Origin: Callorhinchus milii
Taxonomy: Eukaryota
NCBI RefSeq assembly: GCF_018977255.1
Contig: NW_024704743.1
Location: forward strand, 55,058,001-55,122,000
Length of the DNA stretch: 64,000 nt
Reading direction: 5' to 3'
Below are positions 26,104 through 39,194 of this stretch, piece after piece. Both the position numbers and the translations under genes were made by a program. Position 1 is the stretch's first letter. Every line of letters begins with the position of its first letter. Under the pieces are notes generated by a model. It made no database searches. It saw only the letters and a program-made list of their open reading frames with translations, and was not told the DNA's origin.

Positions 26104-26589
26104 TCCTCTGGGAAAGCAGTCGAATGCCGGTTATCAAAAGTAATTTCAGCATCTTTTCATAAAGATTGCAGTTCAATTCTGCAATAATCTTTTCCCTTCA
26201 AGTGCAAAAATGGGTGTCTGAGATCAAAAATATCCTATAGTGCAGTTTAATGTTATAGCTGCGGTTCAATAAGCAAACACAGTAGACAGTGGCATAATTA
26301 TACTCAAATTGCCATTTAAAGCTGCAGACAATGTTCTCACCTTCAATCCCATTGGTAACTGAACACGTTTGGCAGATATTGATGGTAGATATAAGAGTTT
26401 GTGAAACAGCATATGTAAACATTTGTATCACGCATTTTGTGTAAACTAAGTGTACAGAGAAACATGCAGGTATCTTTCATTATATAATTAACAATCAGTG
26501 CAAAGAATGTTTTACATAACTAAAAATCCCTTTCTCATTGAGTTTTGATCTAAGGCCACCTGAAATTCTCTCAGGACGCATGGGTTTGC

Positions 26590-26900
26590 ACGTGCTGCAT
26601 AACCTATCCTTCAGTTGAGACGTTAAACCAAGGTCCTTTTGTTAACATTAAAGATCCCATGGCACTATTTGAAAAGAGAAGGGAATTTCTCTCAGTGTCC
26701 TGGTCAACAATCACCATTTAAATTTGGTGATTCACTTCATGGTTATCTTGGGACATTGCTTTGGACAAAATTGGCTGCTATGTTCGTCCACAAAATACAC
26801 AATCATTACACTTTACAGTAATATCTGTGAGGAATGGCCTCCTGACCTGAAAGGCGCTATACCAAATGCAATGATTATTATTATTATTAATATTAATATT
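26590..26900 (+). mobile_element. SINE family B fragment
   Basis: gagacgttaaaccaagg...aaagatcccatggcactatttgaaaagag...gaaaggcgctatacc. Confidence 0.75.
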
Positions 26901-26954
26901 AATACCACTGTGTTTACAGGGCATCATAGATCCAGGACAGATTTTGTTCAGAAA

Positions 26955-27281
26955 TAATAATAATAGTAATAATAATCCTTGCATTTGATATAGCGCTTTT
27001 CACGTCGGGAGGACGTCCCAAAGTGCTTCACAGAATATACTGTAAAGTGAATTGACTGTATATTTGTGGGCGAAACGCAGCAGCCAATTGCGCACAGCAA
27101 TGTCCCACAAACAGTCATGGATTGAAAATGACCAATTTATTATTGTTTTTGGTTTTGGAGGGATTATTATTAGGCGTGTGGAGTAAGGAAACTTGCCCAA
27201 GGTTTCGCCCTGCCTGGAAATGAACTCAGGTCTCTCGCTTGCAAAGCGAGTGCTCGAACCACTGTGCTACAGGACTCCACA
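26955..27281 (-). mobile_element. SINE family A, near full length
   Basis: Ends gctacaggactccac (reverse complement of the head); (aat)n tail at left. Confidence 0.9.
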
Positions 27282-30200
27282 AATATAATTTGGGGGAGTT
27301 TCCCCGTTCCCTGGTGAGTATGCCAATCAGAAGATGCAAGTCTCGGCATTGAGTTAGCAAATCTCAACTGGTGCAGTAGCTACAATTGACATTAATGCCG
27401 TGGGATACGGAAGGGAAATCACACCACATTCAACAACAACAACAACAAAGTTACATTTATAGAGTGCCTTTCACGTCCGGAGACTCAGACTAACTTCCAA
27501 TTATCCATGCTGGGAAAACACATGTTCAGTTGCGATGTTCCATTCGGACTACATCAGTTAAATTTAATATCCTTCATTGCCTGATAATATTTACTGTCCA
27601 GGTTGACATATGGAAAACAGCCACTTAAATGATATATTTGCAGGGCTTGTGATACAACACTTCAGCAAGACTTGGCACTTTCAGAAGTGGAGTAGATAAC
27701 ATTGGCTTCAATAAAAATATATTTAGGGCTCCTCGAATGGCTTAGGGCAAATGCACCAACAAGTGCCTTTTAAAAGGCAGATGTTTCTGTTGTTTGCCAG
27801 AAATAAAATCAAAGATTGCACATAAAGAAAAGCTGTGTGTGCCCAATTTATTTTTGCCAGTACAATGAACTCCCAACAATTCACTTTGGACTTTAATGTT
27901 GCTGGAATTGGTCAACTAGTTCTGAGGTCAGTTTTTTCACCATGGTTTATATGTGCCAAGGCTGCAAGACAAGAGGATACAGGTTCAGGTTTGCGAAGGA
28001 CAATTTTAGGATCGTTACACAGAGGGTAAATAACAGCTAGAACATGACACTTGGATGGCTGCAGAGCTCAGGATGCTGGACAAATTTAAGAAATAGAGTG
28101 AGGTTGCAATGGGAAGACAGTGGGAACAATATTTTGTCGAATTGAGCTCAAATGAGTCTAAGTGGCCTCCTTCAGTGAACTTCTCTTGAGATCCAGAATC
28201 TGAATATGAAAGAGAAACTGAAACAACTTAAGGAAGAAATGATCAGATATTCCAGTGAGGAAAATGTGAAGTGCAGAAACATTAAGGAGTGATTTACAGT
28301 ATTTGGCGTGGTGGGCGGTGGAGAAAAAGGACATTGAGTCGTCTTCAAATTTCTCCCAAGATAGGAGAAAAAGATACGATAACCAGCACAAACCTTCTAA
28401 CTTCCTGCAAACCTCAAGATAAAAGGCTCTTTTCACACCTTGCAACATAGTGCATTTATTAGGGGCACGCAGGGGAAAGATATTAAACTGCAACAAAGAT
28501 GGGGTTCCTTCTCACTTCTAACAACAGCAGAGGAAAGTGGTTCAACTCTCAGCCCAAGCTGCTGATTGGGCTGAGTTGATGTTAATAATGTCATTGTAAT
28601 TACACTGTGCTGGAAAGTCCAACTCGCTGGACCAGATCCACCCCACCTCCCGGCCCATTAGTCGGGTTAGCTGGGGTTTAAGAGTACTGTAAAGTGGTGT
28701 GACACTGTATTCTGTAAGGCTAATATACTGCTTCTTTGAAAGACATTAAGCTTCTGCTGTCCAAGTAAATTGCTGTAATTGTGTTGTATTTTTCAGTTAT
28801 AAAAGTTAAAATTAAATGGCATTCATTGAAGTGTAGACTCTGAAATGTAAAGATATATATTTTTAAATTGCACTTGAAGTAAGGATTGATTATTGAATGA
28901 AAGTAAGAACTTACTTTTTATAGTGCATTATCACATCAAATAACTCAAAGAGATTCATCGGCAAACTCCATCAAATGTAGGGGCAGTTTTTGTAGGCAAC
29001 CAATTAGGCAATTTGGTTATACTGTATCTTGTAAATTTATAGTCACTTCTGCAAATCTCTTTCAATAAGTGTAACATGTCCTGCTCCAATAAAAATGTTA
29101 GGTACAAAATTAAAATAAATCAAAAACGATTCATCTCAAAACATTGGTGACTTTTAGATTTTTTTGCATACAGTTAGCTCAGCTCCTGCAGCATTTACAA
29201 TCTCAGACAATAATTCTGATGTCTGGAACAGCTCAGTTCTCCCCCTCCTTCCTCCAGCCCCAACATTAATATTAAGCACATAACTGGCAATGAAGTTCTT
29301 TATGAACAGGAAGCGACAGTGCAGCAATCTGTTTCCAGATTTATAGTTTGGAAGCGGGAATAAGGATAGCACAGAACCCTTTATGCAAGTGACCCGTTTA
29401 CACAGGTCTCAGTACAATTTTCGTTCTCACAACATGGGAATTGAACAACATTTGGAAGCAGTCAAGAAAGTAATTTCCATAGTAGTTGAGGAGGAGGAAG
29501 GTGCATTATTATTTCAATATTAACCTTGAGTTAATATTGAACTCAGATCTTGAGTTTTATTAACCCTCTATACACTGAATATCTTTTCCAGCTACTAAAA
29601 TGTAATTGCATTCCTTGCAAAATGTTAGGTACAAAATGCCGGTTGAGAACTGGTGAACAAAGGAGCATTGCCTTATACAACAACAACTTGGATTTATATA
29701 GCGCCCTCCACGCCGGACGGCGTCACAGAGGGCTTCACAGTAACGGATCCTGGGGCCGAGCCAGGGGGAGAGGGAGGAAGGTGACCAAAGGCGCAGTTAT
29801 ATTGCTATTATATGTCCACAAAACATGCAGTCACTCCATATAGCAATGTCCCACAAACAGCCATGAAATGAATAACCAATTTTATCTGGGGGATTATTGA
29901 CCGGGTCACCAGGAGAAACTCCGTTATCTTTTTGAATAGCATTAGGGGATCTTTAAAATCCATCTGAACAGGAAGGGGGTTGCACAGTGAGATTGAATTG
30001 ACAGTTTGGATCACTGGGCCGAATGGCCTCTTTCTGTGAGTTGTAAATTTCTCTGATTCAATTCTATAATCATTTTTAGGCTGGTGGGGGAGGGGAAGAG
30101 AGGGGTGACAGGAAATACAACCACAGTAAATAAAAATCCACATTTGGAAGCACTCTGAAATGCTACCTCACATGAAGGGTGCTATGTTACTGCAAGTAGG

Positions 30201-30410
30201 ATACTTCTGGATATTCTCAAAATAAAACAATTTTTTTCAAGTGAATGGTTCCTCCTATTCAATTTTCAATGAAAATCTTTTTAACTTTGCATCAATTTGT
30301 TAATGCTGTGTAGCAGAGCAATTTTAATGTAAACTGTGCCACTTGGCAGTTGTACTTAGATTGCACTAACACCAAGGTAAACAGGCGGAATCTTAATGTC
30401 TTCTGAAGTC

Positions 30411-30747
30411 TCACGCAATTGAGACGCTAAACGCAATGTAGCATATTGTGGCTTGAAAACAAAACAAAATCAGAAGTAGTAATTTAGCTTCAAACCCCCA
30501 ACACTTGCAAAGAAGTCACAATCAAACAATGTTTAGACACAATTTCCCCTTTAAAAACTACTAGGCAAAGCAACTCCTACATGATAAGTCACGCAAGGGG
30601 CATTTATCTGCACTCACGATCAATACAGTTCATGGTGATTGTTGTGATAGCAAATAGAACATTAAAAACTTGGCAGCCTGTCTAATTGGCTTGGATTAAA
30701 TTCCACAGCTCCCAGACTCCAAGGTTCTGCTTAAGGCTGGTGCGTGA
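30411..30747. promoter_or_regulatory. Cluster of xenobiotic/dioxin response element (XRE) motifs
   Basis: TCACGCAA at 30411-30418 and 30589-30596 (TTGCGTGA on minus) and TGCGTGA at 30741-30747, in non-repetitive sequence. Confidence 0.45.
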
Positions 30748-30799
30748 AAAGCAAAAAACTTTCAAAGTATACATCAGGAATGCCTCTTACAATGCATTA

Positions 30800-31630
30800 C
30801 AAATTTCTATTTATTTAGTGCCTTTCACATCAGGAGGACATTGATAAACATTACTAGCTGGTCACCTGAGCTGGGGTGGGAGCTGAGAGGGGTGGCGGGG
30901 GGAAAGATGACTGGTCAAAAAGGTAGGTCTTGAGATGGATCTTGAACAAGATGAGGGAGGAAGTGAGCTGTAGGGATTCCATGATGGAGTACCAGAGACT
31001 GGGGGCAGAAATCCACGGCCTTGCCAGGTTCCACTGGCTCCCAATCACCGAATGGATCGATTTCAAGATCCTCTCACTCATTTTCAAATCCCTTCATGCC
31101 TTTACACCTCTCTACATATCCAACCTGCTTCCCCCCACTCCACCAGCCGCTGCCTCTGCTCAGCTGGCTCCGGCCTCCTGTTTGTCCCTTGTGCTCTTCG
31201 TTCCACCATGTGCCTTCAGCCACTACGCCCCGAAACTCTGGAACTCACTCCCTCAATCCCTCCGCCTCGCCTCCTCCCTCCCCACACCTTCAAATTCTGC
31301 CTAATGACCTTTTTTTTTTGATTGCGTTTACAGTCACCTCCGTCTCTCTCTCACCATGGCTCGCTGTCAAACTCCTCCAATGTGAAGCTCTCTGGGATGT
31401 CACCCCACATGAAGGGCGCTCTATAAATGCAAGTTGTGGTTGAAATGCTTAAAGCTTAAATGCTGATGGTGCAATGTGTAGGACGGAGGACATGAAACAG
31501 GCCGAGTGAAGGGAGCGGCTGGGTCAGTAAAGTTTGAGGTGGTTGCAGAGGTAGAATGGGCCAAGGCCACGTAGGATTTGAATGTCAAAAGGAAATTGAG
31601 CTTGATCCACTGGGGGATGGGAAGCCAAAG
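30800..31630. mobile_element. Nested L2 fragments: plus copy (about 31012-31442) inside a minus copy
   Basis: The plus part encodes LARFHWLPITEWIDFKILSL; the minus flanks give FKIHLKTYLFD (left) and ggcttcccatcccccagtggatc (right). Confidence 0.75.
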
Positions 31631-34600
31631 GAGCCAAAACTTATTAAAACATTGCTATTTATTCCATTGTATTCTGTCTGGAAACAATTTGAAACTTTTT
31701 TCTAAGTCGCTGCTGCTGAAATGTTTTAGCAGCTCAAATTAGAGGTAGTTGCACAACACCAAATAAAGTTACGTTTGGCTGCAAACAGATGATGAAACCA
31801 GTTTGTATTCAGACCATCACTTCAAAACCTTACATGAATAAACCTACATTTATTGCAAATGATATAAGGTTGAAACGAATATTGTGCTGAAAAGTCACAA
31901 GATTTAATTGATTTGTTCACTCAGATTGAACAACTTTTTCAGGGTGTGCTACTGTTACAATGTTATACCCTTTTATAATACAGCACAATAACAAAAAATG
32001 ACATTTGTATAGCGCCTTGCATGTCAGGAGGATGTCCCAAAAGCGCTGGACGGTCAAGGATTTATACCCTATTATTGCACAGTAGTATTATATACGGTTA
32101 TACCCTGTTAGAATGTGAGTATATAAACAGGCCAGTACTTCCTGTGTGCCATGTATGTGCACAAGAAGCCAGCACCTGCTCCCATGAGCTCCCGTGAGCA
32201 TTTCAGTGGTTGCCAGGACACTGCTGGATAGTTTTCTGCACCCATACACTATATACAGGAAGCCATCTTGGAAGCTAGAAATGCACCACGCTTTTGGTGT
32301 AGCAATTCCAGAGCTTGACCGGAGGGACTGTAAGCAGTCGCACTATAACGTAGTAAAACAGGGCGCGAGTCCAACCATGTACAAGGAGCACAGAGCGCTG
32401 GTGCAGGTATCAATGCAGAAAAATGATGTAAAAGTTAAATGATTCAACTGAAATGGTTGAAAAATTTCCCCCTGAAATCAACAACAATTTGCATTCATAT
32501 AGCGCCCCTCAATGAGAAAAGAGAGTCAGTCTGTCATTGTCTGGGAGCAACTCATCAACCCCCACATCTGAAATGTGATGAAAATCGGGCGAGGGGTGGG
32601 GTGGTTACACTTTCAAAAAACTCATCTATAAAACAAAAAATTGGTACTTAAAAAGTCTGGCAATCCGAATAAATTAATGCTGTCCCTTCCATTCAACACT
32701 TCATGTTGTTCCAACCAAACAGTTTTTTGAATCAATATTCCATTTTAAACTGCACAATCAAAGAGAAATATAGCTACAGACATCACTAAACTGTATCTTT
32801 GATTTTAGTTAAAATGGTGGAGATTTTTTCTGGAGTTAGGCAAATCTGTTCTCAAATGGTTTAACTTCATTTTTAGGTCCTATGTAAGCTGTGCACTGGA
32901 ATGCTGTGTATCAAAACTTTCACTTATTCAGGTCTCATTGCAAAAATTAAGTGATGCTTATAGTCAGCATTAAAACCGAGTTGGTTAACGAGAAATGCAA
33001 TTAAGAGACAGAAGCACACAGACACACGCAGACAGGCACCCACACAGACACAGTTTTTGAGAGACAAACAACAGCTGAGAAACACTGACAGAGATACGTA
33101 AGGCCTGAAATTCCACGTAGTCTTTGGCTGTAAGACCAAGCCATCTTCTCTTAAAATTTAAGATCATGCAGAATTGTGGAATTATTTTGTATTCCATCTT
33201 AATTTGGAAATTGTTTTGACGCAATTCTTGAAAATAATTTGAGCATTTTACATAACTCTATGTGATCTGAGATTTGAAGACTAAATGAACTTGCAGGCTA
33301 AGGTGAGTTGGAATTTCAGGCCATGAATGAGGGAAAGAGACACATGTACACAAACAAGTCACAGAATAGTTTTGCACAATGAGGCACATCCCAATCAGTA
33401 CAGATATTAGGCTCTCTGTTGTTTATGTGAAAAGTGAACAGGTTTTATTGGGCATTACTTCAGGGAAGGTCATAAGAACACAGAGATGAAGCTGAATACA
33501 TGTGGTGCCAGATAAGTAAGTGTATATGATTGTTAGTCTGACAGTCCACCATTCTATATTTTCTTCTTTTTATCTCCATTTAAAAGTTAATGTTTGATTA
33601 AGACTGTAAATGAAAACCATTTCAAAAAGCAAATGCTAGATTGAAACTGCAGTGTGATACTGAAACTGCAATAGTAAAAAACACACCTAATTTACTTAGA
33701 AAGACGATTATAACTTTAGCTACGAAAATTGAGCAAAAACAGCTTGCTGCGTCAATCAGCTTTATTGAAGGTCAGGCACTGATTGAACAAGTGATAAACT
33801 AGCTTCATAACCTCCTAAACAAGCCAGTTACACTCACATTGTATACACAATCTTATCTACTGAGAACCTTCAAAGTACAAGTACATATCTGATCCAGTAC
33901 TGTATCCTCTTGACAGTCTCTGTTTCATTAATACTAATCAAACATTACGTTTTAAAGTTGTTTGGCTAAGCAGTAATTCCAGTTGTGGGTGTCCATTAAT
34001 AATATAGCGCCTTATCATGTCACCGAAAAGTCTCAAAGGGCTTCACAGGAATAACTGTAAAGTGTGGTGACTATTTTTTAGATAAACCCACATGCAGCCC
34101 ATATGGGTAGTGGCCATATGTGTATAGCAATAATCCATAAGACAGCATTAAGTGATTGACCATTAAAACACTGGAAAAATGTTATTGAGCTCAAACTGAG
34201 AGAAACCACCACTTTATTACTGACTCCAGATAAAACGGTTAAAAGTGAACAAATCCTGCATGCATCAATCTGAGACATTTCCTCAAACAAATGACTACGT
34301 CCAAGTGTGGAATCAGGATGTGAGTTTGGGAGCAATTTGTCATGTTGGAATGTTTTGGAATTGATTCAAGTCAATAACATTTTTTAAAAAATCTAAAAGA
34401 ACAATAGAAATGAGCTGCGTGTTAATCAGCTTCAGGAAGAGAGTGACTAGTTAAATCTTCAGGAACTGTCTTTATCAGAACAGCTGCATCAGGCAGTTCT
34501 GAGAGAGGGTCAGACTCGAAACATTAACTTAGCTTTCTCTTTGATGCGTCAGTTAAATTATTTTGTTGTTGTTTTGGATTTCTAGCCTCCCTCCCTCAAC

Positions 34601-34813
34601 CATGAACTTTTACCTCTGACGGCAACCAGGTTGATCTGATCTAACTGGAAGATAATAGATGTAAATAAACCTCCAGTGCATGCCTGGGGAATAAATTTAA
34701 ACCTGTTTGGCTACAAAATACGGTACTTTCCCGCCCGGCAGAGGAACAACAGCACTGCCTCCTCCCTCCCATTGCCTTCCCATTGAACGGGAAGGGGAAA
34801 AATTAGTGTTGAG

Positions 34814-34980
34814 TTGATTGACAGCCTGCAGTCACTTGTGAATGGATGGGCTCCACCCAAGCAGCTCCGCTGTCAATCAATCGCGATTTCCCTGCCCTGT
34901 TCTTTCCCGTTCCTCCGCCCACTCACTGATTGACAGCCTGACTCCAGCCACTTCTGAATGGCTGGAGTCCGCTGTCAATC
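34814..34980. promoter_or_regulatory. Promoter/enhancer-like module with four PBX-MEIS/PREP (TGATTGACAG)-type motifs and a GC box
   Basis: TTGATTGACAGC 34814-34825, GCTGTCAATCAA 34869-34880, TGATTGACAGC 34927-34937, GCTGTCAATC 34971-34980; ctccgccc at about 34913-34920; local CpG enrichment. Confidence 0.55.
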
Positions 34981-36847
34981 TCTATTCAATTCCCCTCATC
35001 TACATCCAGGAGCTCCTTGTAGCGAATGGACACACTGAAGGCCCGAGTGAGTACAATCAGCGGCAACCTGCGTGGTATTTTGCCCGGATCAACCAGATTT
35101 TCATCCGAATTAACAAACATATTTAAAACAGGTAAGAATACACATGAACCGGGGCAGGGCATTTTGTTTGATTTACCTGACATCCGGGGGTAACCGCCAT
35201 CCGGGAAAAGTGGATTCCAATGTAATCCCATGCCAATTACCACAGTGGGAAGACGAGCAAGCATAGAATGAGAAAAGGGCATTCAGCCATCAAACCCGGC
35301 CCTCAAACATAGATCAAGATAAAGACACTCAATCCCATCTTAATCACCCAGGTCTGAATCCAAGATCTAACCTGACCATTCTCCAGCTCAGTCTCTTTCT
35401 CACGCAAAACATTGAATCCTCTCCTCTAATCTCCACTGAACCAAGAATTGATGAATCTAACTCAATCCATTGTGAATACCTCAGTGGTGTTTGCATTCAT
35501 TGCACTAGATGGCACTCTATTCTGTCAGTTAACAACTACAGGTGAGGAAAAAGATTTCAAAGAAGGTTCAGATGAAGGCCGTTCGGTTCATTTGATCTCA
35601 TCCTTCCAGAATGTCCATCAAATTATTTTCTCAAAGCAACATCAAGCCATTTCAGTCCTTAAAGAGTAGATCAGCACAAAGCACCTTACTATTTCCTGGG
35701 GGGTGGCGAGGGGGGAAATTATACATTAAAAAATTGCAAAGGATTTACCTTAAGGAGAAACACTGATTATCCAGTGCCTTGGGACATCCTACTGAGGTGA
35801 AAGGCGCTATGCAAATATAATTTTTGTTGTTTGTTGTTGTTGAAGACAGTCTCTGATTTCCAAGTAAAAACACAACCTAGTGGAGAGCAGCCAATTGTTT
35901 CCCGGCCAGAGAAGACATTTAGATAATGAAATCGACAGCTCCAGATCCAGTCATCTGCCATCAGGTTCACCAGTGCTGAGAGCATCCTTCCTAATCCCAG
36001 ATTCTAATTCTGATACGCAAATTAAACTCAATAGGTGCTAAACTCTTGAGTTGAATTTGGTCCCAATTCACCTCTTTCCATTATTGATTTCCTTTATTTT
36101 TAAGAATGGAATAATTCTCCAGTTCCAGTCTTTCAGATTGAATGGATGTGGAAGGGCTACTTTACACCCACCAAAGATCTCAAATTGAGAAGAATTGGGA
36201 TGTTCATGGTATGGTGATCTCTTGCTGCTGGCTGGAGCTCTCTCATTCCATGGATTTGGGGTGAAGCACTCCCTCAACTAACCCCCTCCCCCCCACTCCG
36301 CTCCAAGTACCTCATACCTTGTACCACATTAGTTTTGTTTGTTGCCTATTTCAATTACAGTCATATCCTCTGGATTTCTACTTTACACAAGATATACCTG
36401 TAATACCATTGTTCCCATTATCTCCATTATTTTAAATCTACAGATCATATTTGCTGCACTTTTCCTCAGTTTTCATTTTATATGTTTGAGGGTTCAGTTC
36501 TTCAGGTTCCACATATTTTGAAGTATTTTTTGAAGCTCTTAAAACACTTATGCAAATACCACACAACTTTGCCGCTAATAATCTTCTTTTCTTTTTGGAA
36601 GAGCTCTTAAAACTATGAGAGGGGGAAATCAGTATTTAAGGAGCGAAGAAGGCAAGACCTACCAAACAGAGAGAAACGGAATTGAAGAATGAAGTAAAGA
36701 CATGTCAGAAATCAACAAGATAGCTGGAGATGGGTACTAAAAATAATACTGAGAATGGGCACTAAAAACAACACATGGAACAGGCAGTAAAATAACACTG
36801 GGGACAAGCACTGAAACTAACACTGGGATTGGGTACCCCCAACTCAA

Positions 36848-37108
36848 GTGGAGTCCTGTAGTGAATTGGTTGGAGCCCTCGCCTCGCAAGCGAGTGGACA
36901 ACAACCACAACAACTTGCACTTATATAGCATCCTCCACGCAGGGTAGCGCCTCAGAGCGCTTGGACCCCAGTTCGATTCCCAGGCAGGATGAAACGTTAG
37001 GCAAGATAACTTACTCCAAACTGTTTACCTAGCAGTAAGTAGGAACTGTTATGTCGATTGGCGGTTGGCTTTTCCGGGTTTATTATTATTGTTGTTATTA
37101 TTATAATA
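36848..37108 (+). mobile_element. SINE family A interrupted by an antisense L2-type tail fragment
   Basis: Head at 36848, insert 36900-36961, B box gttcgattccc resumes at about 36968. Confidence 0.8.
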
Positions 37109-39194
37109 AGTGCCCAGTCAGCATTCAAATGCTTTGAAACATCCCCTTGATGTGAAAGGCGCTTTATAAATGTAAACTGTATTGTATTGTAAAAATAACA
37201 CTGCAGTCAGGCACTAGAGATAACATTGGGGAGGAACAGCAGTAAAAGTAAAAATGATGACTAATAATAATAATAAGTTTGCATGCTACTTTATACTGAA
37301 TAGAGTTCAAAAATGAAAGCAATGTTACATGGGTCACATTTCAATCACACATGCTTGTGGGCTAGTAGGTGGCATATGTGGCTTACAGAAAACCTCCATT
37401 AATAAAGACAAACACTTTGGTTTCCCTCTCAGCAGCGTATTGCAATATTTTCTTGTTGCACAGTTTTCATACAGATTTTTTTGCCTTGGTTAACTTACAC
37501 AGCAAAAATGTTTAAAGATTGGTTTGAACACTTCAAGGGTTCTCATCTCCAGTAATTACCAGTGCCTGTTTAATGCGAGAACATGGTACGTACAAAAAAA
37601 AAATCCATGAATAAAATAAAGTGATTAATGTCTAAAAGTAGCCCGTGATGAAACTGTTCTCCAACTAACTACAACTGCAAACATATGCTCAGATTCACAA
37701 TGATTTTAAACTGCACCCCCCCATGGTTCATTTCTTTTCAGCTAACAATGCACCTACTCAGGAGGACTCCAAGTGAACAATGGAACGGCTATGCAGCAAT
37801 TAAAGTGCATTGTGTTCATTACCTTAAGCATACACCGAGGCACTGCCACAGTGCAGCTCATGTGGATATCACACTCCTTTCAAATGTCTCAGGCAGTAAA
37901 CGCATACAACCAAAAACAAGCTAAAGTTAGCCATTTGTTGAGTGTGATATCACACTGCAAGATTCACTATTTTTAATCCAGCCACCCACAAAACAGAAAG
38001 TTCATTGTACTTGTCTGTCTACACAATTCACCAGGCCCTGATTGTTTTCGATGACACATGCACAAACCCATCACCATGTTTAAGAATATCTAAACTAAAC
38101 TGAGAGTTCCATGTATCCCATCTACACAAGGAAATTATTTAGATATTTATTGAAATGGAATGCACGTTCTCTCCCTTGAAGGACGCATCTCACTTACCTA
38201 ATTCCGGAGAGTATTTAGCTGCAGGTTGGTAAGAGCCAAGGCCTGGGGACCCCAGAGTGTGCATTGGGGTACTGTTGGGTGTCTAACCAGTTAAAACCAC
38301 ATAGCTTGCCATTGATATCACTGTCTGGCTAGCATTCCTTGTCCAGCCATGACTACCCTACTAGTTAGGGCTTTGTCTTACAGGGCCATCCGGCGTGGAG
38401 GGCACGATATAAATCCAAGTTGTTGTTGTTGTTGTTTATTAACAGGAGCTGAGTGGGAATAGTCCTGTAAAATGACAGCAGAGCCAGCACTTGCCCACCC
38501 GTGTAACTGCTCCATGTAAAAAAGGTTAACAGAACCCCAGCAGGGACAGTGCGGGACTGATTGGGTATATAGTGTAGGAGTTTGTGTTTGCGAGGTTTCT
38601 GGGTGTGTTTGGGTAAATATGTGAGTGTACGGTGCACATCAGGCGCGAGGGTGTGTGTGTAGGCGCGCACATGGATATAGTGCACACAGGGTCGATTCCC
38701 GATTGTCTTAAAGGGAGCGTCCCCCAAAAATGTGTGCACAACCTGTGTGCTGTGAACCTGTCCACACTCACAACTAAGAGGGGAGGGTTAGGGAGAGGGT
38801 TAGAGAGGTATAAGACCCTATTTGTAACTGCGCCCTGCAAAGGGCATCAGAACCCTGAGGCAAGGAAGCCTTGGTTCCTTCACCAAAGTGGAGTGCCCAG
38901 AGGCCACCCCCCACCCCCACCACAAAGGTGGTGCATTCTGTAACGGGATAGTAATATGTTGCATCTTCTTTTCTGTTTCAGGTTTAATACTGTCTGAGAC
39001 AAGCATAAATATATATCAACAAATACATGGATATATTTTCTTTAAAAAAAAGTCATCAGCAGTGCCCAGGAACACTGCATGCCAACCTGGCTCAAGAACT
39101 AGACTACCGAGACTGCCACAGGGGATTGGCTCGATAAAAGTCCATGTAAAAGTATTGCAATTCAATTATACTGGAACTGGAAAACAGTGGTCCT

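Noticed and set aside
34986..35282. 98-aa minus-strand ORF beside the promoter-like module
   Set aside because: No recognisable homology; within the chance length range.
38430..38945. GC-richer segment with a TATA-like motif and ggttaggg repeats
   Set aside because: Probably a repeat or LTR fragment, but I could not define termini or a second copy; too few TTAGGG units for a telomeric array.
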